A DNA stretch of 64,000 bases, taken from assembly GCA_026026165.1 (NCBI GenBank), contig JAPEUD010000011.1, positions 124,001-188,000 on the forward strand, read 5' to 3'. A program made the translations under genes and the position numbers. The notes below the pieces were generated by a model, which saw only the letters and a program-made list of their open reading frames with translations, did not search any database and was not told where the DNA came from. Origin of the DNA: Sarea resinae (Eukaryota). Shown in pieces: positions 22,387 to 34,291 of the stretch; the stretch's first letter is position 1; the number at the start of each line of letters is the position of its first letter.

Positions 22387-23418
22387 CGTTGAACATCTGG
22401 GAGAAGGGACCAGTTTGCTTGGACGCCTATGGATTCGGGGAGTAAATGTGGGAAGAAATCTTCTCTACTTGCGGTGACAGCAGTTGGTCCTTTTTTTTAG
22501 AGAGGGGGGCGAAGAGGTCTTTAGAGGAGCATTCTTGGGATTGAATAGCTTGAGTTAGAGGCTATTGTTGTGTTGTATTAATTCTACGGTAGAGATTGCC
22601 CTGTGATTTAAAAAGACTTACAGTATTGATTGAATCGTTGGAACGTCTATTGTAGATATAGGGATTGTAGACGTTCAGCGAAGAAAAAAAAGGGGGGCTT
22701 TGGCCCTTACTAATTGCTGGTCTTACAGATATAGAGGAATATTACCATACAGTCTGTAAGGATGGATCGTCGATGGGGCTGCGAGTCCTGGGCGGATCCA
22801 ATTTGGGGGATGACCTCTGGGCGGGTGGGGGGAGAGGGGGGCTGCCAGTTCTGGGCACCGACCGACGGGTTGGTCGTGAAGTGGTTGCGCAAACTATTGC
22901 AGAGCTGAGTGAGACGTTCGACGATAAAAGGACGAAAACCCGCCCGCCATTGACTGCGTCTCTCGAAAAGTAAGGTGACTGCGTACCCAGGCGATCCAGA
23001 GAATTTTTGGGCATTTATCGTTGAACGTCTAAGAAGTTTTTGGAGGATAAATCGCTAGGATCGTCTATCCTCCATCCATCTACTACTGCGTATCGACGAG
23101 GGGCAATACCTGAGACGTTCAACGATAAATTGCTCCAAAACTCGCCAAGACAGAAGAGACGTTCGATGATAAATGCCCAGACTACTAAGGTACGATGGTA
23201 CCAAGTACCAAGCAGCACGTACTTAGTCCCTCAGTCCCTCGCCTCGGTCAGGTCAGCCAGCCAATGAAGGAGTTTCCGACCATTAATCGTCGAACGTCTC
23301 TGGCATTTGGAAGGTTCTAGGACGACGACGGGGCCGAAGGGCGTTGGTTTTTTTTTTTTCGTCGAACGCCTCAGCAGGGTTTTTGGCGATTTTTCGTCAA
23401 ACGTCTCAGGTTTTGCCA
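22387..23418. repeat. Non-coding array of ~10 copies of an 18-bp motif (GAGACGTTCGACGATAAA) in both orientations, with nested inverted repeats
   Basis: Copies at 22387(-, degenerate), 22633(-), 22669(+), 22911(+), 23014(-), 23112(+), 23156(+), 23283(-), 23355(-) and 23390(-). Confidence 0.85.
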
Positions 23419-23916
23419 CGTCCAGCCAGCCAAGGCCCGCCCGCCTGCCTGCCGCGGCGCCCCCGTGAATTGCGGTTGTCCTTCTGAGAAACACACGCGC
23501 GGGTCGTACGTAATCTTGAAGCCACCCACCACCCCTTTGGAAATGCGCTCTTCCATTTCGGCACTGATCGACTAACTACCTCGATCGATATCAAAGGAGC
23601 TCGCTAGCTACCTTATCTTATCCAAGTTTGCGTTCAATATGTCAATGCCTAGGTAGGTACTATGTAAACCTCTTGAAACCAGAGATTCTAGACCTAATAA
23701 TGTCTCCGCTGTCATCGGACATGATATAGGTACTTACAGAAACCACAAGCACATAGTAGGCTAAATAGCTTAATATAGACCTTTGATCGCTCATGAGTTT
23801 TATTTTCCGCACTGATCTATTTATTGGTGTATATATTGAATTCTCGAAATGTGCTTCCTTCTTTTCCAATCCTCTTTTCCAATCCTCTTTTCCACTCCTC
23901 GGCCCTACCGCACCAA

Positions 23917-25957
23917 CTACGCAACGGCATACTTGCTCCACCCCCTAATCTTCGGTCCCCAAATCATAAACGCAACAGGAACTGGTACCATCAACGCACT
24001 GATGCAGCCCAACACAGTGAGAGCCCAATGTACGCCCAAATTCTTATACATCGGTATGGCCACCTCGATCATGCCGCCGGCAGCAGCGTAGCGGATCAGC
24101 GTCATGGAGGCGAGGGCCGAGGCGGCCCAGCTTTCGTAGGAGTCGATGATGTATTGATAGCAGCAGATGAAGACGCAGAGAATGCCATGGCCGAAAAGCA
24201 CGGTAGCTGCGAGTGGGGACCAGCAGGAGATAGAGGGGTAGGCCGTCCAGCCCATCCAGAAGAGGGATATGGGAATTGCGGGGGCCTTGTTTCGTGTCAG
24301 ATGAAGCGCACCCAAAATTGTCAAGGAGGACAGGACAATTGATATGGATGGTAGGGAAAAATGAGCGAGAGAAACTTACGCCGAAGATGCCATACCAGAG
24401 ACGGAATTCTGGAGGCAATCTCGTACCGCCCTGCTCTTGGACTTTCTCTAGATCGTGCTTCGCCCACCGATAAATGAGCGGGACAAGCGCTGAAGCTCCA
24501 CAGAGCCCAATCGCGATACCCAAGAATGACAAGCCGGTGAGGCCTTGAGAAAAGCCATAGGTGTCGGTAAAGATGAAGGTGAAGCCGTTTAGGAAAGTGA
24601 AAAGGATTATGTAGATGACGGTGAGGTAAAGGGCGAAGAGCATGATGATAGGCTCTGAGAAGGTAAGTAAGAATGGTCGATACAGGGCTGTTCCGAGACG
24701 ATGTAGAAAGCTGCTTTCGCGGATTTCCATTGGGGCGCGGTAGCGGTCATCGCCTGAAATCGCGCGGAGGTGCTGCGCCTTCCATTTGAGAAGAGTTGGT
24801 GCGTATGTTTCGGGTTGGAACAGCAAGACGAGGCCGAGGACAAGGCCCGACATGATGAGAGTGATCCATTCGGTCCAGCGCCAGCTAATCAAGTGGCTTT
24901 GCCCAATAAAGCCACCAACGACAGGACCTATTACCGGTCCCATGAATCTGGGGATTGTCAGCCCGGGCCTTGCGTTCAAACGGAGAGAGTGGGACTCACG
25001 CCGCGTTGGCGAAGACTGGGAAAGCGAACACTCTCTCTAGCGGACGCCAGAGGTCCGATATCGAACCTCCTGCGCACACAAGGGGGGTTGCAGCGAAACA
25101 TCCCGCAATAAAGCGGAACGCAAGTTGCGCGCCGATATTTGGTGATAAACCAGCCGCCATGATGAATATCATATACAACGTCAGAGTGGCAATATACACT
25201 GGATTTCGTCCAATGGTCTCGGATATGGGGCCCGCGAATAGTGATCCACATCCAAATCCGATCAGAAAGAGTCCTGCAACATTGTCAGCATGGCTGCTGC
25301 GCGGCGACATACCCAGAAGACCGACCAGTTGCCAAGGATTCGGTCACTTCACTAACACCGAATTCCTTCGCTGCTTGTGGCAGCGCCGCAGAGTCAACGG
25401 ACGAGGCAAATCCGACGACGAAACCGATACTGGCTATAAGCATGCTGAACGATAGGTCAGTACTGGAAATTGAATGTTCAAAGTGTACTATCTCACGTAG
25501 CCCTTATTCGAACGAACGTGCTCCAATTATGAGGGTTCAAGCTGTCCTCGTCGCCGTGGTAGCCCACGACGAAAACTTTCCCCGATTGGCCCTCGTGCGT
25601 CGTCCGGTCCCGAACATCAATACCCGTGAGAGTGTTTCCCAGCGCCGTCCCGAAGGAATTTCGTGTGGTAGCCCTGCGCATCAGCGAATGCGGAAGATCG
25701 TCGACCGCAGCGGGTCTGTCGTCGTCCAGTGCTTCATCGGCGCTTTCGCCCTTCTCGAGGTCGCGGGTATCTTCATATTTTTCTGGATCTCGCGATGGCG
25801 ACGACCGTTCAGACGTGGATGTCGGATCGGACAGAGCTTCTAGTCGAGGGTCGATTGGTTTGTTGCTATGCGCCGTCGGAAGGTCTCGGCCTTTGGCATC
25901 CTCAAATTGTCGAGTTGCGTGCTTCTTGAAGCGACGATACTGTAAGAAGCTCTGCAT
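23917..25957 (-). CDS. MFS transporter, DHA1 (drug:H+ antiporter / polyamine transporter-like) family
   Basis: D..NPHNWS, GPISETIGRNPVY, GAQLAFRFIAG, GGSISDLW, GPVIGPVVGGFI, SWRWTEWI, QPETYAP, PPEFRL, YIIDSYE.WAASALA. Several GT-AG introns. Confidence 0.93.
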
Positions 25958-27836
25958 TGCAACTGCAATAAGATGTTACGATGCTGGGCTTCTCATTGAT
26001 GGGATGATCACAAACATCTGCTCCGAAGTAGCAGTGAACGAGGCGATGAACTCTGATATACAGGGAGCACCAAGAGATGGATTGATCGTCTTTTGCCCCC
26101 CAGAATGACCTGTGGATCACAATGCCTGATGCGCAGTGATTACAAACATCCATAGTTGGGGTCTCCGGCATCAATTTCCGCTGGCCACCTGCCATATTTT
26201 CCCTTCGCCGCTTTGGGCCCCGCACCATTGCCAGGGCCGAGGGCTTCTAGTTCATGAATGGCTGACGTCAAGTATCCGAGCCAGACTTTTTAGGCATGCT
26301 TGTCGATCTCCAGCTGCCCTACCTACCTTAGTAGTCCAGAGCCGACCCGTAGAACACCTCACTCACCTCGCTGTACTACTTGGGCCGTCGTAACAAACAG
26401 ACTCCACTGCAACCGGTGTCATGGAGAAAGTCAATCGGCCAACTTGGCATAGAAAGACGCGAATATGGATATAGAGCTGTTCTTCTCACGGTTGCGATTG
26501 TCGATCTTCAGATGTCTGAGGTGACTTCCACGTTGGATGATTCCACTGACCCTGAAGAGATGGGATCTGCTGATGTCATCACCACGATGCAATCTCCATC
26601 GAGCCGATGATCGTCGTCGCCTCTACCCCATAGTAGAACCGGTTGAGAGTCTGCACCTAAAGCATCTCTTTAAAGGGAAATCTCTTTAAAGGGAAGATCA
26701 ACTAGTATTGTTCACTACGGTTCTGCTTGCTTAAGGTGATCAAACCAGACATTGAGAATAATCCATAGACTACCTACGTAGATTCGCCATTGGCAGATAT
26801 CAGCCAGCTCCGGAATTATGATAAGGGATCTAAATCTTATCGCCGTCAGCCCGTGTCGCTTATCCCAGGCATCCCGAGCTGGCGATAGTCTGACTACCTT
26901 AGATCTTGACAAGAGACTAGTGAATTACTCTTCGCAATTTGATGCGACAGGCGGTTGTTCCATTGTGGTACGAGTGCCGCTTAGGCTTCAAGTCGAAATG
27001 TTCTTGATCATCTTTTGAAAACATATGTCTTCGTACGGTCCGGATGAGGCTTTCGACGGCCAAAATCGGCGCCCGCTACTTGACTGTTAAGGTCCATTCT
27101 TGTAGATGATGACGACGTTCCTCTGCTCTCTGTGTAGACGCGTTGGTAAAATACTCACAGTTTCTTCATTCCAGCATTTACATAACTACGGTATGCTATA
27201 ATGCCTAATCAGGCGAGGCATAAAGTATGTAGCCAATCGCTTAGCTAGAAAAAAACAAGTCATTCTTTCATTAATGCACGCATAATTCCACAGAGAGCGT
27301 TCTGGAGACTTGAGTTCAATTGTCGGACAGTATGCTTATGGTAGATATCTAAGCAGTTGCTACTTGCATTCCAGGCCAAGGCAAGGCTATGGAACTCAAG
27401 GTCAAACAAACGCCCAGTCAGGTGTGGGGTACATGATTTGACATGCGAGGTGCATACCCCGTACCAGTATCTTTCGATCTCTGCTACCTTCTTCCCTTTA
27501 GACGAGAAAACGAAACGGTTTTCCGACTCTTTTCTTGCTGCCAGTGCCCGGGGGGATCAACGGGGGAGGAAGCGACCACCTTACCTCCACTGTACTGTAC
27601 GAAGCACGAATGCTATTGTACATGAGTACTTGTGTACGAAGTGTACCGAGTGCACCTTCGAGGAGACTCTCTCTCCCGCAGTACTAACGATACCTAGGTA
27701 CCTAGGTAGTTGAAGTAGATGCCTCTCTGCCTACGGTGAGTACATAGTAGGTACCTACCTTACCTACCTACCTAGGTCCCGAGGAGCATTCCAGTTCCAT
27801 GCCGTCGCCGTCATTCTTCCCTTAGGGTCCCCCAGC

Positions 27837-27841
27837 CTTCT

Positions 27842-27873
<32 letters not shown>
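27837..27873. repeat. (CTT)n microsatellite
   Basis: Nine perfect CTT units, then degenerate. Confidence 0.85.
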
Positions 27874-28636
27874 CTGGGGGGCGTGTGACCGGTCGCTTTT
27901 CCTCCAACTTGGCTGACGCTAAGGCTCTAATTCCCAGGATGGAGTGGTTGGAGGGGCATGGAGGGCACGAAGAGCATGGTGGGCATGGAGGGCATTGAGA
28001 TCAATTGCAGAGATCAGTAGTGGGCATGTGGCCGATGCTTCCGGCGGTGGTCTGGTCAAATTGCAAACGTTAGGCTGGACCTTGTGCCTAAGGTGTGGTG
28101 AAGACATCGCAAGAACGGCAGCCCAGGCCTGCCCGGAATTAACAATGTGCTACCCAAGAGGTCTCCGTCCCCGACCCCCCCCTTCATCCAGATTGTGATT
28201 TAGTGATATCTTAGTACCTTAGGTAGGTAAGGTAGGTAGTGATATCGAGTGATCTAAGGCAGGTAGAGAGCCAGTGAGCCACCTGGGCTGTGAGCCAGTG
28301 AGCCCTTGGGCCCCCCCATAAAGTGGGTATATCCATAATCCCCCTCCGGCAAAGGAAGGATTGCTCTTCCCACATACCTCGCACTAAATCTTTGTGAGGG
28401 AACGCTCTCGCTGCGCTGCCCCCGTTGCGCTCTTCCATTCTGCGAACAGCTACCCCAAGGCTCCCTCGGTCCTCTGTTAGGTACCTGGCTTAGGTACTGG
28501 CGCAAGAAACACGTCGCTTAAGCCAACCATCTCTACCTACTACGCTCACACCTCTCGCGGTCGCCACTCCTCGCATTTCTCAACCAATCCATCTCATCTT
28601 CTGCCAGCTTTCACCCTATCCACAGGTGAGCTCGTC

Positions 28637-29981
28637 ATGGCGCGTCCAAAGAAATCCGACGTTCAGGAAAAGGAGAAGGCGAAGGAGCCAGAGCTTCCAA
28701 AGGAGTCTGCCCTGCTTCATATTCCCGTGGATGAATTCATTCGTAGTCGCGACTCGGTAAGTCTCTTTTCGCTTTGTGTACGCGTTCCTAGGCTCGCTCT
28801 TTTGCGCTCCAAAACACCGTCATCACAAACATGAGCTGCCTATGCGCCACGCAAATCTTCAGCTGCGCGGCTCATTTACTACATTGTCGTGGTCGCAATC
28901 CTTACGCGACTTCACTGTCATTTCGATATTGGTCTTTGAACTCGTTCGTCAATCTCTTGTTTTGATTCTTTCCTTTCGCATTCGAGGCAAGGCGTCGCGC
29001 CAAAGACGCGATTATTATATCTTATCCAGCCGCATTTCGTCTAACAGCTGAACAGGTCGTCACATCTCTAGCGACTTTACAGTCAGCAGTGCAAGATATT
29101 TCGCGTGCCTATATCAACCATACCAATGGCTTGCTGGGCCGTCCTGTCATGGGCAACCCGCTCGAGATTTTTTCCCTTTCCGCCAATGCTGTTACCAATG
29201 CTGCTACCAGTCTTTTGGCCAACCCAGCAGCGACTCCCGCAGCCGAGAATGGAGTACTTGCTCAGCGCAGCGCGACGCCTGGAGGTCTAGACGATCCGGA
29301 CAGCAAGAAGAGGAAGAGGAAGCCGCACGACCCTAACGCACCTAAGCGTCCCTTGACGCCTTATTTCCTCTTCATGCACCACGCCCGCAAGAACATCACC
29401 AAAGATCTAGGGGAATCGGCGAAGCCAGGAGATATCAGTGCGGAAGGAACCAGACAGTGGTCCGCGATGAGTGAAGAGCAAAAAGACGTGAGTTTGCCAT
29501 CCTAAAACACGTGTAGTACTTTACTAATTTATTATAATAGTTATGGAAGGCTTACTACAAGAGGAATCTGGCTTTGTATCAAGAACAGGTCAATGCTTAC
29601 AAGGAGACCGGCGCCTTTGAACCTACCGATGACAGGCTTGCCGAAACTTCCGCCGAACACAAATCAGCAATGACCACTACATCAGCGGCGGACAATGCCG
29701 AGCCCGCAGCCAAAACTCCCGAATCAAAACGTCGCAAGACTACCAAGGCCGCTGCGGCGTCCAAGGCTTCTGCTGACGCTTCGGCATCCAAGCCGTCAGC
29801 TCCCCTTCCGGCAGCCGCTTCGGACGCCCCAACCCCATCAGAGGCGAAGAAGAAGCGGAGTCGAAAGTCAAAGGGTGGCGACGAAGCAGAGAAAGAGGTA
29901 GAGACCCCTGCTAAAGCCGATGGCGACGATAAACAAAAGCGCTCCAGGCGTAAGCGGAAGAGCGAAGCTACTGAGGCTTAG
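28637..29981 (+). CDS. HMG-box chromatin protein (Hmo1-like architecture)
   Basis: MARPKK start, introns 28757-29055 and ~29488-29540, HMG box KKRKRKPHDPNAPKRPLTPYFLFMHHAR...W..MSEEQK..W...Y, basic Lys/Arg-rich tail. Confidence 0.88.
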
Positions 29982-30647
29982 AGTTTTGTCTTGACCGATT
30001 CCGGTTCTGGAAGGCAAGGAGATCGAGTCCTGGATACTGTTGGTGATATTGGAAAGTGGTTGTTGGGCAGGATCAGCCTTGCGAGGTACATTCGGTGTCT
30101 TCGGACATTCTTGATTATGGCTTTCGTTGTTCACGCCCAGAGTGTCAGGAGCACGGTTTATGGGGAGCTGGCTCGCGGTATTTGTTATCGTGCTCTGAGA
30201 CCCTTTCATGTCTTTTTATGCTCATAATGTCTCTTGGAGCGCGACGGTGTTTATTAGTAGTAGAAATCGAGTTCCACCTGCTGGCTCAATCCCTTTCCCT
30301 CAACCGAGTGGGGTGTGATTTACGTCTCCTGTGTACTCCTCGTCGTAGATTAGGCGCGGCCTTGGGCCAGACCGTTACCAGTAGGTCCATTAGAGGGGTG
30401 GCACGCAGCAGTGCGGTAGTGCGGGGACCAAGGACCCTCGGACCGGGATAAGAGCTGTTGTGGTCGCGATGTGTACACAATCCAATCTACCGCCCCCTCC
30501 CTCGCCCTCAACGTACCACCCGCGCCAGAACTGTCCCTCTGGATCAGCATCTCACCGGCACCTTGATTTGCCGATTGAAGATCTTCTGCTGCGGTGAGCG
30601 TGTAGTCGTAGCATCAACCAGAGCCTTACTTTGCAGATCGTGTCCCA

Positions 30648-33600
30648 ATGCATCTTGTACCACGAGAGGTGCGCTTCAGGGCTTCCCCGATACCCCACAC
30701 GTTGGACTATCTGATAAGGTCAATAGCTGGACAAGCTGGTCATCTCGCAGCTGGGTCTGCTCGCCCAACGACGCCTTGCTCGAGGCGTCAAGTTGAATCA
30801 TGCCGAAGCAACTGCAAGTCTTCCTATCCATCAAGTCGATCTCAATCTAATGCGCTTAGGCTTTGATCGCAAATAACCTTCAAGAAGTGTGTCAACTCCA
30901 CCGCGACTCAACTCAGCATCCTCTCCCACAATGCTGATGCTCTTGTATAGTTGGTCCGCGATGGAAACCATTCCGTGGCAGATCTCATGTCCATTGGCAA
31001 GACGATGCTCGGCCGACGACATGTTCAACCCTCGGTGGTTTCCACCCTGACCGAACTACAGATTGAGGGGACCTTTCCATCGGGCACATATCTAGTCACT
31101 GTTCACCATCCAATAAGCAGTGATGATGGCGACCTCGCAAAAGCCTTGTATGGAAGCTTTTTGCCAATTCCATCTCAAGAAACGTTTCCTCTTCCCGCTG
31201 CGTCAGAATATGAGCCAAAAAGTGCTCCTGGTGCGATTATACCTGTCAAGGAGGCGCGGGTTGTCCTAAACGGAGGACGCAAGAGAATAAGATTGAGGGT
31301 CACAAGCAAAGGAGACCGACCGATACAGGTGTGTTTATAAGATCGTTATTGCCTGACTGAGTTAACATGACCATCGAAGGTCGGCTCTCACTACCATTTT
31401 ATTGAAACGAACCCACAATTGGAATTTGATCGCCTCCAAGCGTATGGCTACCGTCTTGATATCGCCGCCGGTACCTCTGTTAGGTTTGAACCGGGCGACA
31501 GCAAGACCGTCACGCTTGTCGAAATCGGTGGACACAGGGTCATTCGTGGGGGCAATAGCATTGCTTCTGGACCGATCGACATCTCTCGCGCGGATGAGAT
31601 TGTGCAGCGTCTGGAGGAAGGAGGCTTTGCCCACGTATCAAGTCCAAGACTGGATAGCGAATATATCGATATTGCTTCCATGGATAGGTCGGCATACTGC
31701 GGAATGTTCGGCCCAACAACCGGGGACTTGGTGCGACTTGGATTAACAGGTTTGTGGGTGAAGGTGGAAAAGGATTTTACATATTACGGCGACGAGTGCA
31801 CATTTGGTGGAGGAAAATCTTTGAGAGAGGGAATGGGGCAAGCTAGTGGACGAGCAGATGCTGAGGTCTTGGATTCGGTTATCACGAATGCGCTCATCAT
31901 TGATTGGAGTGGTATCTTCAAGGCTGATATCGGAATCAAGGACGGGGTGATCGTTGGCATTGGGAAGGCTGGCAATCCCGATGTCATGGAAGGAGTCAAT
32001 CCGGCCATGGTAGTTGGATCATGCACCGATGTCATCGCAGGAGAAGGAAAGATAATCACAGCTGGAGGCTTCGATACCCACATCCATACCATCTGCCCCC
32101 AACAGGCTTACGAATCTATCTCCGCCGGTATTACAACCATGCTTGGGGGAGGAACTGGTCCAAGGTATGCCTTCTGCAACACAATTCCAACAGCTTGCTA
32201 AAATTCAAATAGTACTGGCACCAACGCAACAACATGCACTCCAGGAAACTTCTTCATCCGGAACATGCTACAAGCCTGTGACGAATTGCCTATCAATTTT
32301 GGTATTACAGGAAAGGGTAACGATAGCGACAAGCGGGCCTTACAGGAACAATGTGCTGCCGGTGCTGCCGGTCTCAAATTGCACGAGGATTGGGGAACGA
32401 CGCCAGCAGCTATCGACACATGTCTGAGGTAGGACCTAATTGAAGTTGGGGTATCAAGAGACTAACGGCTTCAGCGTGTGCGACGAATACGATGTCCAAT
32501 GCCTCATCCATACAGACACTCTCAATGAGTCTGGATTCGTCGAGCAAACCATCGCAGCCTTTAAAAACCGCGCCATCCACACCTATCACACTGAAGGTGC
32601 CGGAGGCGGCCATGCCCCTGACATCATTTCAGTAGTAGAGCATGACAACGTGCTCCCCAGTTCTACCAATCCAACTCGACCCTACACTCGTAATACTCTC
32701 GACGAGCACCTCGACATGCTCATGGTATGCCATCACCTCTCCAAGAACATCCCGGAAGACGTCGCTTTCGCCGAAAGCCGCATCCGCGCCGAAACCATCG
32801 CAGCGGAGGATGTCCTCCACGATCTCGGTGCTATCAGCATGATGTCCTCCGATTCGCAAGCCATGGGTCGCTGCGGCGAAGTCATCCTACGCACATGGCA
32901 CACGGCGCACAAGAACAAGGTACAGCGCGGTCAATTGAAAGAGGACGAAGGTACCGGTGCGGATAATTTCAGGGTCAAAAGGTATATCAGTAAGTATACG
33001 ATTAACCCGGCCATTGTTCAGGGGATGAGTCACATTATCGGAAGTGTGGAAGTGGGGAAATTGGCAGATCTGGTGGTGTGGACGCCGGCGAATTTTGGGA
33101 CAAAGCCCGAGATGGTTGTAAAGAGTGGGATGATTTCGTACGCTCAGATGGTAAGTCTTCTCACTTGCTGAAGATGTTAGAGAAGCCTGCTAATGTGCTG
33201 ACTCAGGGTGATCCAAACGCATCGTAAGTGCCCGTCCATCGTAATGCTGGAACCTCTCCAGGTCCTGTCGGGTGCCAACTAAGATTCTCGTAGTATCCCA
33301 ACCGTCGAACCTATAATCATGCGTCCCATGTTCGCAGTAAGTGTTTTCAACCCTCCCTTTCCAATCCTCCGGACCTCCCTCCGCCCCCTTTCCCAAGCAG
33401 CCACTAACACACTACTACGCCAAAGTCGCTCGTACCCAGCACCAGCATAACATTTGTATCTGGCTCCTCGATCGCCAGCGGCCGAGTCGCGGCCTACAAC
33501 CTTCGACACCGCGTCGAAGCCGTCAAGAACTGCCGCAGCGTCAAGAAACAGCATCTGAAATACAACGACAAGACGCCTAGGATGAAAGTCGACGCTGAGA

Positions 33601-33974
33601 GTTATGTACGTGCTGTACTGTTTCTTTTCCAACGCTCTCTTTCTTTCTTTCTTTCCCACTCTGAGGGTTTCTTGTTCCTTAATGTCCTACACAATAATCT
33701 TTTCGCCAGCTCACGTTTTCGTGGTGCCATGTGGTTGTGGTTTTTGGATCTCCATTGTGTAGCAGATCAGCTGGTCCTGAGCGTGTATTTCCTCGATGTC
33801 TTTCTCTAAAGAGACATAATCGGGAGGATGGCCTCTCTTGGTTCACTACTTCCCGCGCATTCATCACTAACCTCGGTTTTTCCGGCAATACAGACAGTCG
33901 AAGCGGACGGTGTAATCTGCACGGCCGAACCGGCCGATACCCTGCCGATGACTCAGGCGTATTTTGTCTATTAG
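30648..33974 (+). CDS. ure1: Urease (fused gamma-beta-alpha eukaryotic form), about 11 exons
   Basis: MHLVPRE/LDKL...[106 protein letters not shown]. Last exon [22 protein letters not shown]. Confidence 0.97.
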
Positions 33975-34229
33975 GTCCATTGCTATCTCCTCGAAGGACT
34001 TTGATGCAAGGTCGGAGACGAGAAGAGATGGGAGGGTAATCGGAGAACATGAGGGGATTCGAAACCAGGTTGGGCTATGCTCCGCAAGTCAAAAGCGAAA
34101 TTGAAGGCGCAAGTGAAAATTAAGGTCAAGGAGAAAGCCAATGGCTCACTCTCTGGAGTCGGGAGAGCGGGTTATCGGAGGAGCAGCGGCGGCCTTGAGA
34201 GAGTACGCACAACGGAGGCGGTCGCGGTG

Positions 34230-34230
<1 letters not shown>

Positions 34231-34290
<60 letters not shown>
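34231..34290. repeat. (GAT)20 microsatellite
   Basis: 20 perfect GAT units. Confidence 0.95.

Positions 34291-34291
<1 letters not shown>

Noticed and set aside
22387..23418. Motif array read as a CRISPR array
   Set aside because: Repeats occur in both orientations with very irregular spacing, there are no cas genes, and the context is eukaryotic.
26666..26697. 16-bp tandem duplication (tctctttaaagggaaa x2)
   Set aside because: Isolated local slippage with no associated element.
33770..33800. Possible TPP riboswitch in the urease intron (CTGAG)
   Set aside because: Lacks the CTGAGA...ATACC...GAAC.TGAT..GG.TAAT.CC.GCG core.
34040..34090. tRNA-like TTCGAAT loop on the minus strand
   Set aside because: No T-stem, acceptor stem or cloverleaf can be built. 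No tRNA, rRNA or snRNA was recognised in the window.
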